Below, in pieces: positions 10,205 to 20,938 of a stretch of 20,938 nt of DNA. The translations under genes and the position numbers were made by a program. Each line of letters begins with the position of its first letter. Position 1 is the first letter of the stretch. The DNA is taken from assembly GCF_000143415.4 (NCBI RefSeq), contig NW_003314508.1:1-20938 (forward strand), read 5' to 3'. The notes beneath the pieces were generated by a model. It was not told the origin of the DNA and did no database searches. It saw nothing but the letters and a program-made list of their open reading frames with translations. Origin of the DNA: Selaginella moellendorffii. Taxonomy: Eukaryota > Plantae > Lycopodiophyta.

Positions 10205-11956
10205 TGTAAACGACTAAATTTTCCATTCTACTTTAGTCACTTAACCACACCTCCGACCACTTGGAGGAGTCTCATTCACAACCTCCATCAGTCCAATTCA
10301 GGACTTGGGACTTGCTAGACCCAAGAATGGCATCCATGCCACTCAACACTTGCACCTGGTCCAAGTGCTCCACGTGTCCGGTCCCAAGACTGACACCCAA
10401 AGGTAACACTGACATCTCGGCCTGTTACGCTAAGGCCATGCCCATTCACCTTTGCTACACTAGTGGTCCAATACCACTTGCATCACCATCCCGTCTCTCC
10501 AAGACTGGGCCATCTGTCCACGAGTGGTCATCCTAGATCCACTCCTTAGCATCCTTAGGATGCCCACAGACTTGGGGAATTGCCTTCCCCAAAGTCCCTT
10601 TGTCAGTTTCTACCAAGTCCCTTTCTGCCCCTGGCCGTGTTTGCCAACACTGTCACTGGATCGAGGCCCACAGGCCCGACCACTAAGTCCCATGGTCCTC
10701 TGGGACTTCCTCACCACACGACTGTGCCTTGGTCACTACCCTAGAGGACTGCTCCTCTTCCTTTCCACAGTCTAGGCCTTTGGGACAACATTTCAGAACA
10801 CCGTGGCCTTACGCGAGCCACCTGGGTACTCTCCCCGCCTTTCGCCTTTAGGTGCTCTAGCCATGGGCTTAGAGCGAGGTTCCGTTGAGCCACGCCTGGT
10901 ATCCAAGTAGGTAGTGCCACCCACACTTGGACTGGGAGCATCGGCCAGTCGATCTCCCAGGGGAACTAGAGCCGGCTCTTGAACACTTCACCAAGCTACT
11001 CCGCTTGTCGGTCCGTATTCACTCTAGTCTTGGACTTCCCAGTGGTCAGTTCATCACCCAACACTGGGTCTGGCCTTCCTGGGCCAAACTGGCCTTTCCT
11101 GGCCAAACTGGCTCCACTGCAGTCCTCCCCCTTACTATACTTTTGGAGCTCACCAAACCCCTCAGGGTCTGGGAGACGAATGCTTTGGGCTTTCACCCTC
11201 TCAGACTCGGACTCGGACTCGGACTCGGACTCGGACTCGGACTCGGACTCGGGCTCGGTCTCAGCCTTGGCCTCGGTCTCGGTCCCGGTCTCGGTCCCGG
11301 TCTCGGTCTCGACCTCGGACTCCATCTCGGGTCCTTCTCGGACTCCATCTCGGGCTCCGTCTCGGTCCATCTCGGACTCCATCTCGGACTCCGTCTCGGT
11401 CCATCTCGGACTCCATCTCGGGTCCATCTTGGACTCCGTCTCGGTCCATCTCGGACTCCATCTCGGGTCCATCTCGGACTTCATCTCAGTCCACCTCGGA
11501 CTCCATCTCAAACTCCATCTCGGGTCCATCTTGGACTCCATATCGGACTCCATCTCGGGTCCATCTCAGACTCTGTCTCGGTCCACCTCGGACTCCACTT
11601 CAGGTCCATCTCGGACTCCATATCGGACTCCATCTTGGACTCCACTTCGGACTCCATATCAGACCCCACTTCAGGTCCATCTCGGACTCCACTTCGGGTC
11701 CATCTCGGACTCCATCTCGGACACTTCCACGTGTCATGTGTTGGTCCTTTTTGGGTCCCTTTTTGGAGCCTCGCTTATTGCTCGCTTCGTGCTTGTTCCT
11801 CGAGCACGTTGTTGGGAGTTCCACTCCCACTCTCGACCTTCCAAGTCCGAGCTTTTAGTCCAAATGTGTTACACTCGTTTGGGCTTTCGCTTTGGCCACT
11901 ACCACGTGGCACCCTTTCCGGCTCCACTTTGGGGCCTAGGGATTTCGTGTCTCACA
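10205..11956 (-). repeat. 5' LTR (~1,752 bp) of the minus-strand element
   Basis: The minus strand starts TGTGAGACACG at 11956, exactly where the neighbouring integrase-like frame is cut. It ends GTCGTTTACA at 10205, 3 nt before the PBS. Confidence 0.7.
11204..11722. repeat. Compound micro/minisatellite inside the LTR
   Basis: (GACTCG)x8, then GTCYCG hexamers, then 12/11/10-nt units (gactccatctcg, ggtccatctcg, gtccatctcg) with a local 45-bp period. Confidence 0.95.
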
Positions 11957-13111
11957 GAGATGGTCTGAAGTAATCACCAGATCGATACGGACGGACCTCA
12001 TAAAGGTTCCAGGTTGCAACCCAGTGTGAAATATCCTTCTTGAGGTACGGAGCAAAGACACAATGTAGACTCTGGTTGTGCCATGGATTAGATACATCGA
12101 GAATTCCTATATCTTCCATGGACTCAAAAAGGTGCTTATAAAACCACACCACGCGCTCAAAGAGCTCTCTCCACAAATGCTCTATGCGCTGTAAAACAAA
12201 TTTGATTTAGTCCTATGAGTCTTTATTTGGAAAAACTCTAATGCTGTGAGTACCTGGTTACATGTTGATGTCCCATGTATGAAGCTCCTAGCTGTAGGAC
12301 CCCAACAGCGGATCATGTCCCTCTCAACCTCATTGTGCTCTATGCATATATGTTAAATATTGTATGGGATTCTTTGGAGGTAGCTAGCTTGCAAGCTACA
12401 ATATAATGAGTTGCCCCACAAATAATGGCATGTACATAGAAACCATAGCTTACAAGCTTGCAATATGCTACAATAAACATGTTACCACATGTGCTGACAA
12501 AAAAGCAGAAATGAAAGAATACTCACAATCCATATGGCAAAGTGCATAAGCCTCCTCGTTCCTGTAAATCCATCGTCAAATCCTTGTCATGTGCTTCTGT
12601 TCCATCCTACTTGGATCGTGAGTGGCTAAGGCCTCACAAATTTGGCATCGGCTAAATTGGTATCCTCCAGTTCGACAGCTAGATCGGGAATTCATAATCC
12701 CCCAGTTTGTGCCACCTCAATTCATGGCATTGTTAGTTCGAACGTGATGAAGTACCTCTTCAGGTGGTACTCTATAATATACACCTCTCCAATTTGGATC
12801 GACAAGCCGTATGTATTTGTATAGTGTTGGCTTGGAAATTCTAAGATAGCATGCAAGGTAAGCAGTAGTCTTAGTCTCGAGGATCTTCACGTGAATCCAA
12901 GTGCCAAATGCAGCTGGACTACCAAATCCCCTCGATTGCAAAAAATTATAGAAGGCCTAGAAACGTGCAAATCATGAATCTAGGAGGCTGGAAATTAAGC
13001 AAACCTCTAAGAGAGCATTGTTGTCACTGTCCATACTGAAACCACAGTCCGAATCACTAAAATTGGATGGAAGGCCATCCACCTTATCTTCCTCCACGTC
13101 TTCCAGTAAAC
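11957..13111 (-). pseudogene. Intron-containing integrase-core (IS3EU/GingerRoot-like) DDE transposase pseudogene; exons 13111-13005, 12956-12527, 12467-12254, 12188-11957
   Basis: Spliced translation: ...LACYLRISKPTLYKY (HTH-like)...HDPSRM...RI*RWIYRNEEAYALCHMD|SYCKLVSYGFYVHAIICGATHYI...[deletion]IEHNEVERDM...SFIHGTSTCNQ|RIEHLWRELFERVVWFYKHLFESMEDIGILDVSNPWHNQSLHCVFAPYL...WN. GT-AG introns of 48, 59 and 65 nt. TGA stops at 12717-12719 and 12576-12578, and a frameshifting deletion at ~12345. Confidence 0.85.
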
Positions 13112-13929
13112 CTGGAAGAAAAAGTTTCAGTGACACAAATTTGAAGTAAACTAGGGAGAGAACTATACTCATGGTAGGAACTTGAAAGTCCATAGAGAAC
13201 AATCGAGTAGTAAATCAAAGCCACTTCCAACACTGCCCACAAAAACATTTCAAACCACTCACTAGCAAACCAAGTTACTTTCCATATCTGCTACCAAGAA
13301 ACATGCCAAATAACAGAGCACTAAAGCAAGGCGCTAAGGCAGGGAAGCGTCTCCTAAACCCTATGACCTGATGAATCCCCATGTCATGTGGTCAAACTTG
13401 ATGATATGTGGCATCTATGTGTAACACATTGTTCATATTATGGGGACATCATTGACCCATCGGCCAGCATCCATGGGGCATCCATGAGGCATCCAAATGA
13501 CATTTAATGCTGAACCAATAGAAAACTGCCATATGGACACTGTATTGTGAGTGAAATCTACCGCAGTAACACTCACCCTTTTACGAATTGCACGCCATAA
13601 CTGCTCTATTCTCCACCTAGAACCTTCCTTTGGTGCCTCAAGAGTCGAAATTTCTCACGCCATTCTAGTAGATGCCCAACTCCAAGAATCTTTCAAAACT
13701 GACTCACTAATCTCTAGACATTAGGAAAGATCTTCTATACTCATCCCCTACATCCATACATGCAGGATGAGAACTTTGATACCAATACATGTCGAACTCA
13801 CCCAATTCGTCCACATGTCCGAACAATATCTTAAATCTGCCACGTGGCCTGTCCATTGAGTTCCTCAAAAGAAATGTGGAAATGTGGAAGTAGCTAAAAA
13901 GCAGGGGAGGCCGGGCAAATCCAAGGCTA

Positions 13930-13972
13930 CCCAAACTGATTGAGCTGGGACCCCTGATTCAGTGTTATGTTG
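13930..13972 (+). repeat. Partial unit of the 55-bp tandem repeat, left of the gypsy insertion
   Basis: cccaaactgattgagctgggacccctgattcagtgttatgttg matches the unit at 18941-18983 with 2 mismatches. Confidence 0.9.
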
Positions 13973-14205
13973 TGTTAGGCGCCAGCTTTGACTACGTGGT
14001 CAACGTCGGTCAAAGGGAGGCTCAAGGGTATATTAAGGCATGTTAGGGTAAGGGACTTAACCTACCCTAGGGCTCACAGTGGAGCGGCGGCGCAGTGGAG
14101 CTTTTGAGGTAGCTTGGGGGTGGTTGGGTGGTGAGGAACCTCAAGAGGTGGCATAGCATAGTCTAGGGCAACGAGATCTTTGTCTTTTTGCGCCGGATCA
14201 TAACA
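13973..14205 (+). repeat. 5' LTR (233 bp)
   Basis: TGTTA...TAACA termini, a TATATTAAG TATA-like box near 14028, and a match to 18666-18795. Confidence 0.95.
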
Positions 14206-14206
14206 T

Positions 14207-14217
14207 TGGTATCAGAG
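14207..14217 (+). other. Primer-binding site (tRNA-iMet)
   Basis: TGGTATCAGAG, 1 nt after the LTR end. Confidence 0.95.
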
Positions 14218-14228
14218 GATTGGTTGCG

Positions 14229-15868
14229 ATGGCCGACCAAGCTGAACGCTGGAATCCTATCATCGATGGTGGTGCCGACGGTGGTGCCGACGATGGTGCC
14301 GACGAAGCTGCGGAGATTTGGACCATTCAAGATGTGGTTCATGAGCTGCGAGCCCTTAATAAAAATCAGCAAGAGATGCAAGACGAGATGCATGGCATGA
14401 TGGATACCATGCGTGGGCGTGTTGAGGCACTCGAGGCTGGACGGGGTAGCGCTCCAAGTAAGCCTTCTTTGGTAGATCGACTCAAGATTCCAACCTTTTC
14501 CGATGATGGTGGTGTGGACGAGTGTCTCGCTTGGCTAGCCAATGTGAAGAAGTTCTTGGCTGCTAGAGGAACTCCAGATGCAGAGGCTTTAGTGGCTATT
14601 CCGATGGTTTTGCGTGATGCGGGTCTTCGATGGTGGAATTGGCTTGAGGAGTCCCGTGTTGCGGATAAGAAACCACCGGTGTCTACCATGGATGAGTTTG
14701 AGGCTGCTTTTCGTTTACGTTTTGCCCCTCATTACGACGTGGAGAATGCTCATACAGAACTTCGCCATTTCCAGCAAGGGAAAATGACGCTCGGGGACTA
14801 TATTGAGAAGCTTACTCGCTTGATTAGTCGTGTTCCAACGAAGGATCCAGATCAGAACAAGTCCTACTTCATTGATGGCCTACATAGTGAGAGTATGCGG
14901 CAACACTTGCGTCATTCTTAGCCTACAAAGAGTTTGGAGGAGCTCTTTGATGCGGCTCGTCGCCTTGACAATGACAAGCACAAGTCTCGCAAGCGTTCGC
15001 GGAGTCCTTCTGTCGCAAATCGTCGTGATGATCGCCGTGGACACAAGGAGGGGAACAAGCATCACAAGTTGAAGTCGGTGGTGACTACTTCAGATGCAAA
15101 GGGGTCCAAGAAGCAGAAGTTCTTTGTGAAGAATTATAGACAGGGTTGTCATCATTGCGGCGAACTTGGACACTACAAGGCTGATTGTCCGCAGTTGAAG
15201 AACAAGCAGCAGGACAAGAAGAATGGCCAATCATCTTCTCACGGTAAGTCAGATACTAAAAAGTTGCAAGCTTTACAGCGTGAGGATGACGAGAACGACC
15301 ATTCCGGTCGGAGGAAGAGACTTTCGATCGTTGCTCGTCAACTCAACTGTGTGTGGAACAAGATGGAACTCGAGGATACGCGTGAATCAGCTTTAATGCT
15401 GGAGGGCGTGTTCCGTGGCGATCCAGTGCGGATTTTACTGGATAGTGGGAGCGATGACAACTTTGTTTCGGCAAAGTTTGTTGCGAAGCATCGCCTGAAC
15501 ACACGTGGAGTTGTTCCATACACAGTGGAAGGTGCAGCTACCTTTGCTCAGCATTTCGATGCTTGTGTCGAGGGGCTGGAAGTGTTGGTTGGCAAAACCA
15601 CACTTGTGGAGACTTTTTATCTCGCGGATATCCATCGTGTGGATCTCATTCTTGGGATGCCATGGTTGGTGAAGGTGGATCCAGAGATCAAGTGGAGCAT
15701 TAAGCGTATCTCGCTGGAGTATGGTGGCGTTAAAGATGTGTGGTTTGGCGAGGGCGTTCAACCACCAGTTGTTATGCTCTCTGCTACATCTTTGAAGCGG
15801 GCTTGTCGTAATGGAAAAGCACTTTCAAGTTACTTGCTGTTTGTTCGTGACTTGGGGGACCAAGGCAC
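14229..15868 (+). pseudogene. gag: Gag + aspartic protease with an in-frame TAG at 14919-14921
   Basis: Capsid-like LRDAGLRWW...FRLRF...QQGKMTLGDY; zinc knuckle CHHCGELGHYKADC; protease ILLDSGSDDNFVS. The ORFs at 14220 and 14934 share a frame. Confidence 0.93.
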
Positions 15869-18591
15869 GTGTGGGGGAGAAGCACAGTACGGGATGTACT
15901 TGATGAGTTTTCTGATGTTTTTCCATCTGAACTTCCTCATGGATTGCCTCCATTACGAGGTGTGGAGCATGGGATTACATTGGAGCCGGGGACGCGGCCA
16001 ATTTACCAGCGTCCATTTCGGTTAAGTTATGCGGAGGAGCAAGAAGTTCAACGACAAGTCAAGGAGTTACTTGAGTTTGGATTTATTCAGCCAAGTAAGT
16101 TTCCGTTTGGTGCTCCAGTCTTGCTTGTGAAGAAGAAGGACGGTTCAATGCGGATGTGTATTGACTACCGTGCTTTAAACAAGAAGACAGTGAAGGACAA
16201 GATGCCGATGCCACGTGTGGATGATATCCTAGACAAGCTTGGTGAAGCACGAGTGTTTACCAAGATTGATCTGAGGAGTGGATATCATCAGATTGCAATG
16301 GATGATGCATCTATCTCCAAGACGGCATTCAACACAAGCTTTGGACATTTTGAGTTTACCGTTATGCCGTTTGGTTTGACGAATGCACCGGCCACATTTA
16401 CTCAGTTGATGACGGAGGTATTTGGGCGTTATCTTCATGAGTTTGTGGAGATTTTCTTGGATGATATTCTTGTTTTTAGCAAGAATATGGAGGAGCATAG
16501 GGTGCATTTGCGCAAGGTTCTTTCGTTACTTCAAGACAGCAAACTTTATGCGAAGAAGAGCAAATGTGAATTTGCAAAGTCGGAGGTGGAATATCTAGGC
16601 CATATTGTGAATCTAAGGGTGTCAAGACGGATCCAAGGAAGGTGGCTGTGGTGGAAAACTGGCCTACACCGACTATAGTGGCCGAGTTGCGCAGNNNNNN
16701 NNNNNNNNNNNNNNNNNNNNNNNNNNNNNNNNNNNNNNNNNNNNNNNNNNNNNNNNNNNNNNNNNNNNNNNNNNNNNNNNNNNNNNNNNNNNNNNNNNNN
16801 NNNNNNNNNNNNNNNNNNNNNNNNNNNNNNNNNNNNNNNNNNNNNNNNNNNNNNGTGCTTCGCATTGCTGATCCATCGAAACCTTACGAGGTGACATGCG
16901 ATGCGAGTGGTTATGCACTGGGAGGAGTTCTCATGCAAGAGGGACAGCCTATTGCATATGAGAGTCGAACTTTGAATTCCGCGGAGCAACGCTATTCCAC
17001 ATATGAGCAAGAGTTACTCTCTATTGTTCATGCTTTGCGGACGTGGCGGCACTATCTTTATGGTGCAGTGTTCGTGGTGTTGACAGATCACAAACCACTT
17101 GTGTATCTTTTCACACAGAAGGAGTTGAACACTAGGCAAGCTCGTTGGATGGTCAAACTGATGGAGTTTGGGGAGTTTCCTATTGAGCATCGTCCGGGAA
17201 AATCAAATGTGGTGGCGGATGCTTTATCTCGTGTTCGTCATGTGACGACGTTACGAACACGATTTTGTCATCATTTGAGTAAGGTGGTCAGCGAGTTTGG
17301 GCAGTTGGTTGAGCATGCTCAGGCTCAGGATGCTGAGGTGGCCTCTTTGCGAGACCAGATGGAAGCTCCTTTCTCATTGGTGGATGGGATTCTCTACTAC
17401 AATGGCCGTGTCTATTTGCCATGGGTGGATGCGTTAATTACTCAAGTTTTATTCCACTATCATGATCGTCCAGAGGCCGGTCATTTTGGGGGGAAGAAGA
17501 CATATGAGTTGATTAAGCGCAACTTTTATTGGAGGAATATGAAGGCTGATATCCTCAAGTATTGTAAATCATGTGAGCTTTGTCAACGGGTTAAGGTGCC
17601 ACGGGAGAAGCCGGGGGGACTTTTGCAACCTTTACCTATTCCTCAGAGCCGTTGGTGTAGTATCTCTATGGACTTCATCACTTGTTTGCCACGAACACAG
17701 AGGCAAAAGGAGCAAGTATGGGTCATAGTGGATCGGTTGACGAAGTATGTGCAGTTGTTGGCTCTTCGGAAGACTGTCACTGCCTCAGACTTGGCTGCGG
17801 TTTACTTGGAGAAGGTTTTTCCTGATTTTGGTTTGCCGGAGGACATCATTAGTGATCGAGATTCAAAGTTCACTAGTGGATTTTGGAAAAGCTTTGCAAA
17901 GGCTATGCAAGTGACTTTGAAACTCTCGAGTGGAAATCATCCTCAGACGGATGGGCAAACTGAGCGTGTGAATCAGGTGGTGGAGGATATGCTACGTTGT
18001 AGCATTGGTCAAAGGCAAGGACAATGGGATTTATATCTTCCGTTGGTGCAATTTGCTTACAACAATAGCCAACACAGTGGAACCAAGCTAAGTCCTTACT
18101 TTGCCATGTTTGGAAGGCATCCTCGAACAGCGGTGGAGTTGGGATTGCATTTGAGTAAGGACGTTCAAGATAAGCTTGATTCCGAGGCAACTGATCTGGC
18201 CACAGAACTTGATGAGATTCTGGTGGTGTGCAAACGGAATTTGCAAGCAGCTCAGGATAGAGCGGAGAAGTTTGCCAATGAGCATCGCCAATTCCGGGAA
18301 TATAAGGTGGGTGATCTCGTCTTTGTGCGAGTGATCTTTCCGTCAAGTGAGCGGCGGAACACCTTGGTGCCTTTATGGACAGGGAAGAGTGATAAACTTT
18401 CCCATCGATATGCTGGTCCATATGAAGTGCTGGAGCGTATTGGTAAAGCGGCTTATCGAGTGCGGCTGCCAGTTGGGGTGAAAATTCATCCGGTATTTTA
18501 TGTCAGCCAGTTGAAAGGTGTACTATCTCGGAGTGACGGGCCCAATGCCTCCTTGATGTATACGGCTGTGGAAGATGGACCAGGAGCTTGA
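15869..18591 (+). pseudogene. pol: Pol: reverse transcriptase, RNase H and integrase; frameshifts at ~15870 and ~16610
   Basis: RT: [37 protein letters not shown]. RNase H: VTCDASGYALG. Integrase: HDRPEAGH..CELC, SMDFI, SDRD, QTERVN, GPY. Interrupted by the gap 16695-16854. Confidence 0.96.
16695..16854. other. Assembly gap
   Basis: Run of N. Confidence 1.
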
Positions 18592-18653
18592 GCAGGATTC
18601 CCCAGAAAGGGTGATCACCGGTACAACTCGTCCTTGGGACAAGGACTTTGTTT

Positions 18654-18664
18654 GGGGGGAAGAA
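18654..18664 (+). other. Polypurine tract
   Basis: GGGGGGAAGAA immediately before the 3' LTR. Confidence 0.9.
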
Positions 18665-18665
18665 T

Positions 18666-18795
18666 TGTTAGGCGCCAGCTTTGACTACGTGGTCAACGTC
18701 AGTCAAAAGGAGGCTCAAGGGTATATTAAGGCATGTTAGGGTAAGGGACTTAACCTACCCTAGGGCTCACAGTGGAGCGGCGGCGCAGTGGAGCT
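18666..18795 (+). repeat. 3' LTR (visible part; the rest lies in gap 18796-18895)
   Basis: 128/130 identical to 13973-14102. Confidence 0.95.
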
Positions 18796-18895
18796 NNNNN
18801 NNNNNNNNNNNNNNNNNNNNNNNNNNNNNNNNNNNNNNNNNNNNNNNNNNNNNNNNNNNNNNNNNNNNNNNNNNNNNNNNNNNNNNNNNNNNNNN

Positions 18896-18998
18896 TTGAG
18901 CTGGGAGCCCTGATTCTGTGTTATGTTGTGCAGGAGGAATCCCAAACTGATTGAGCTGGGAGCCCTGATTCTGTGTTATGTTGTGCAGGAGGAATCCC
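18896..18998 (+). repeat. 55-bp tandem repeat (about 1.9 identical copies visible)
   Basis: Unit: cccaaactgattgagctgggagccctgattctgtgttatgttgtgcaggaggaat. Confidence 0.95.
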
Positions 18999-19559
18999 TG
19001 CACGAAAGAGATTGGGAGAATGAGATCAGGGGGGAGAGAATGACTTGGGACCACTGTGTTTTCACTGGCATACAGCAAGTGCCTAGAAGGTGCAATTGCC
19101 CCCAATGGCCCCATTATCACACACTCTTGCAAGAAAGAGGTAAAACACGCTCTTTTACTGATCACATATGCTCAAGTAGGTTGTAAGCTACTCTCTGCTT
19201 CTCCAGAATTCTCTCCTTGAATCCTCTCTAGAGGACAGTCTCCAATCTAACTCCTACAAGAACACTATTGAACACATTTGATCACTTTTAAACACACAAA
19301 ATCTGATCCCAATCTTGTCCTCTTCCAAAAGTACTGACGCCCAAACTAGGATGCCCTGATTTCCTGCCCTAATGCCATGTGGATCAAAACCTGTGGACAG
19401 AACAAGGAGTAGTGCGTCCCAAATGCATCTAAACACTTCTTTCAATGCTCTATCTCCATATGCTTTGCCCTTTCACAACACATGTTTTATACAAGACTAT
19501 TTGGGATCCCAGCTCCACTGGGAGGAGTACAAAACATTTTGGGCACATTGAATTTTCAA

Positions 19560-20938
19560 GCATTTTAGCATCAAGAGTAAGCATTTTAATATTAATTTTA
19601 AAATAATCAGTTGAAAGTTATAGCTGTAAGCTCTAGAAAGCATGGTTTGGTAATTAATCAAAGCTGGCGTCTTTTATTCTGCAAGTCTTGTGCTTGAAAT
19701 GAAAGCAAATGCCTGCATACAAAGTTCCAAGAGATTCTAAATTCATTTGTGTTTACTCATGATGTTTTAGTAATTTCAAAAAGTTGTAATCATAATAACA
19801 TAATCATAATTATAACATATATAGTTAAACAGAATATAATCTATATAATAAAAACCCCTTCTACAATTGACTCTATCACCAACACAAATCATAACAAAAT
19901 AAATATACTTATAACACTATATCTGATTGTTGAGTGAAGTCTTGGATCTTTTATAAATGGAATTGCTCATTGTGGGATCCTATGGCCAGATAACTCATTT
20001 AGAAATTAAGGTTTGGTAACTAATTTTCTCTTTTATTTGAAATCTCTATATAATTGATAAAAAATATTATTACTTGATGATTCATTCAATGCTAGAAGTT
20101 TTCCTCTTAATAAAGTGTTACTTTAAGTACACTAAAATGTAATAATGTTAAAAAATATAGATTTAAAACTCACTTAAACTACATACATCTTGTCAACATA
20201 AAATATTTAAATATTGTTATGGAGTTTAGTTTTTCATATCTGACTGAAAGTTTTGGAATCTCATGATACTAATTGAAAGATGTTACCTTTGTGTGTTAAA
20301 TCTTATTTCAAGAAGTTTTAATAATTTACATTTTTATTTTCACTATTCCCTTTTTGCCTAATATTTATATTCATGCATTTTGAGAGTAATATTTTAAATT
20401 AGAAGTATTATATTATAATTCATAAACATTCTTTCTGTATATATTTTATACAGAGAGAATGCTAATCTAAAATAATATTATTATTTCTCTATATTCATGT
20501 ATTTGTATTCAAAATTAAGGCTTCACAAATTTGTTATGAAGGCTGAAATTTCATAATGATAAATGAATGGCAAGGTTTTACTCTATAATGAGCTAGAGTA
20601 GGGTTTGATGGTATATAATATTTTTTTTATCCTAGAACTATAATATATCAGAAAATTCATGAATGGATTTAACACAAGAAATAGCTAGAACTATGAAATT
20701 CTCTATTTTAAGATACAATATATCATATTTTTATAGAAATTATTTTTTGTATATTCTAATTTAAAATATTTTTATTAATTTTTACATTATATTTTTCATT
20801 TTTTAAAATTGTTATATAATAGGTACATAGTATATTTTCTATTTTATAATTTCTAAGGTTTTTGCTTATATGTGTTCGGCATCCTCCGTCTTTATAATAT
20901 TTATATTTATAGTTTTTAAGAGTACTATTTCAAAATTT
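19560..20938. other. Very AT-rich non-coding sequence
   Basis: Abrupt compositional shift and no credible ORF. Confidence 0.7.

Larger units (their letters stand above)
6530..11956 (-). mobile_element. Non-autonomous or decayed LTR retrotransposon (LARD-like) with only the 5' LTR visible; left boundary uncertain
   Basis: A PBS adjoins a TG...CA-bounded segment. The internal ~3.7 kb has no RT/IN/PR motifs and only stop-ridden frames, with a possible gag relic (GTMWW) near 10030. No second LTR copy was found. Confidence 0.65.
13973..18895 (+). mobile_element. Ty3/gypsy LTR retrotransposon (chromovirus-like), near full-length, disabled; right end lies in a gap
   Basis: Order is LTR-PBS-gag-PR-RT-RH-IN-PPT-LTR. 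The LTRs differ at 2 of 130 comparable bases. Confidence 0.97.

Noticed and set aside
10927-11973. Long ORFs of 348, 329 and 185 aa (GL-, SD- and ES-rich)
   Set aside because: They are translations of the satellite, which lacks stops in several frames on both strands.
6350-13540. TGGACAC at 6350 and 13534 as a TSD of the integrase-like element
   Set aside because: The enclosed ends are not inverted repeats. The right-hand gccatatgg looks like a deaminated CCAAT/G-box motif, so this is probably a chance match.
14264-14305. 12-bp repeat (DGGA)n at the gag N-terminus
   Set aside because: An ordinary low-complexity slippage repeat.
14919-14921. Programmed stop read-through between gag and pol
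   Set aside because: The TAG lies inside gag, before the zinc knuckle, and lacks a CARYYA context. A CAG>TAG mutation is simpler.
19749-19937. 62-aa Ile/Asn-rich ORF
   Set aside because: A compositional artefact of AT-rich DNA.

Overview
This is eukaryotic, land-plant-like DNA. It carries Arabidopsis-type CCCTAAA repeats, tRNA-iMet-primed LTR elements and CG/CHG-type nonsense mutations. Its very short predicted introns (46-65 nt) suggest a compact genome such as Selaginella, which is an inference. The window is a transposon nest with three assembly gaps. (1) ~660-6000 (+): a putative Sola-like (DUF7869-type) DDD transposase gene of ~1,030 codons (2746-5884), broken by one in-frame TAG. It has two En/Spm Tnp1-like beta-barrel repeats at the N-terminus and a Tudor/BAH-like C-terminus. 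It is surrounded by, and internally carries, copies of a palindromic 16-22 bp motif, and two long palindromes lie upstream. (2) ~6530-11956 (-): a non-coding or decayed LTR retroelement with one 1.75-kb LTR holding a hexamer-derived satellite, a PBS, and a duplicated multi-hairpin module with compensatory changes. (3) 11957-13111 (-): a spliced IS3EU/GingerRoot-like integrase-type transposase pseudogene, largely missed by the ORF track and cut by element 2. (4) 13973-~18900 (+): a young but disabled Ty3/gypsy element inserted into a 55-bp tandem repeat. (5) An AT-rich tail with no convincing coding signal. All family assignments come from motif recognition by eye; no searches were run.
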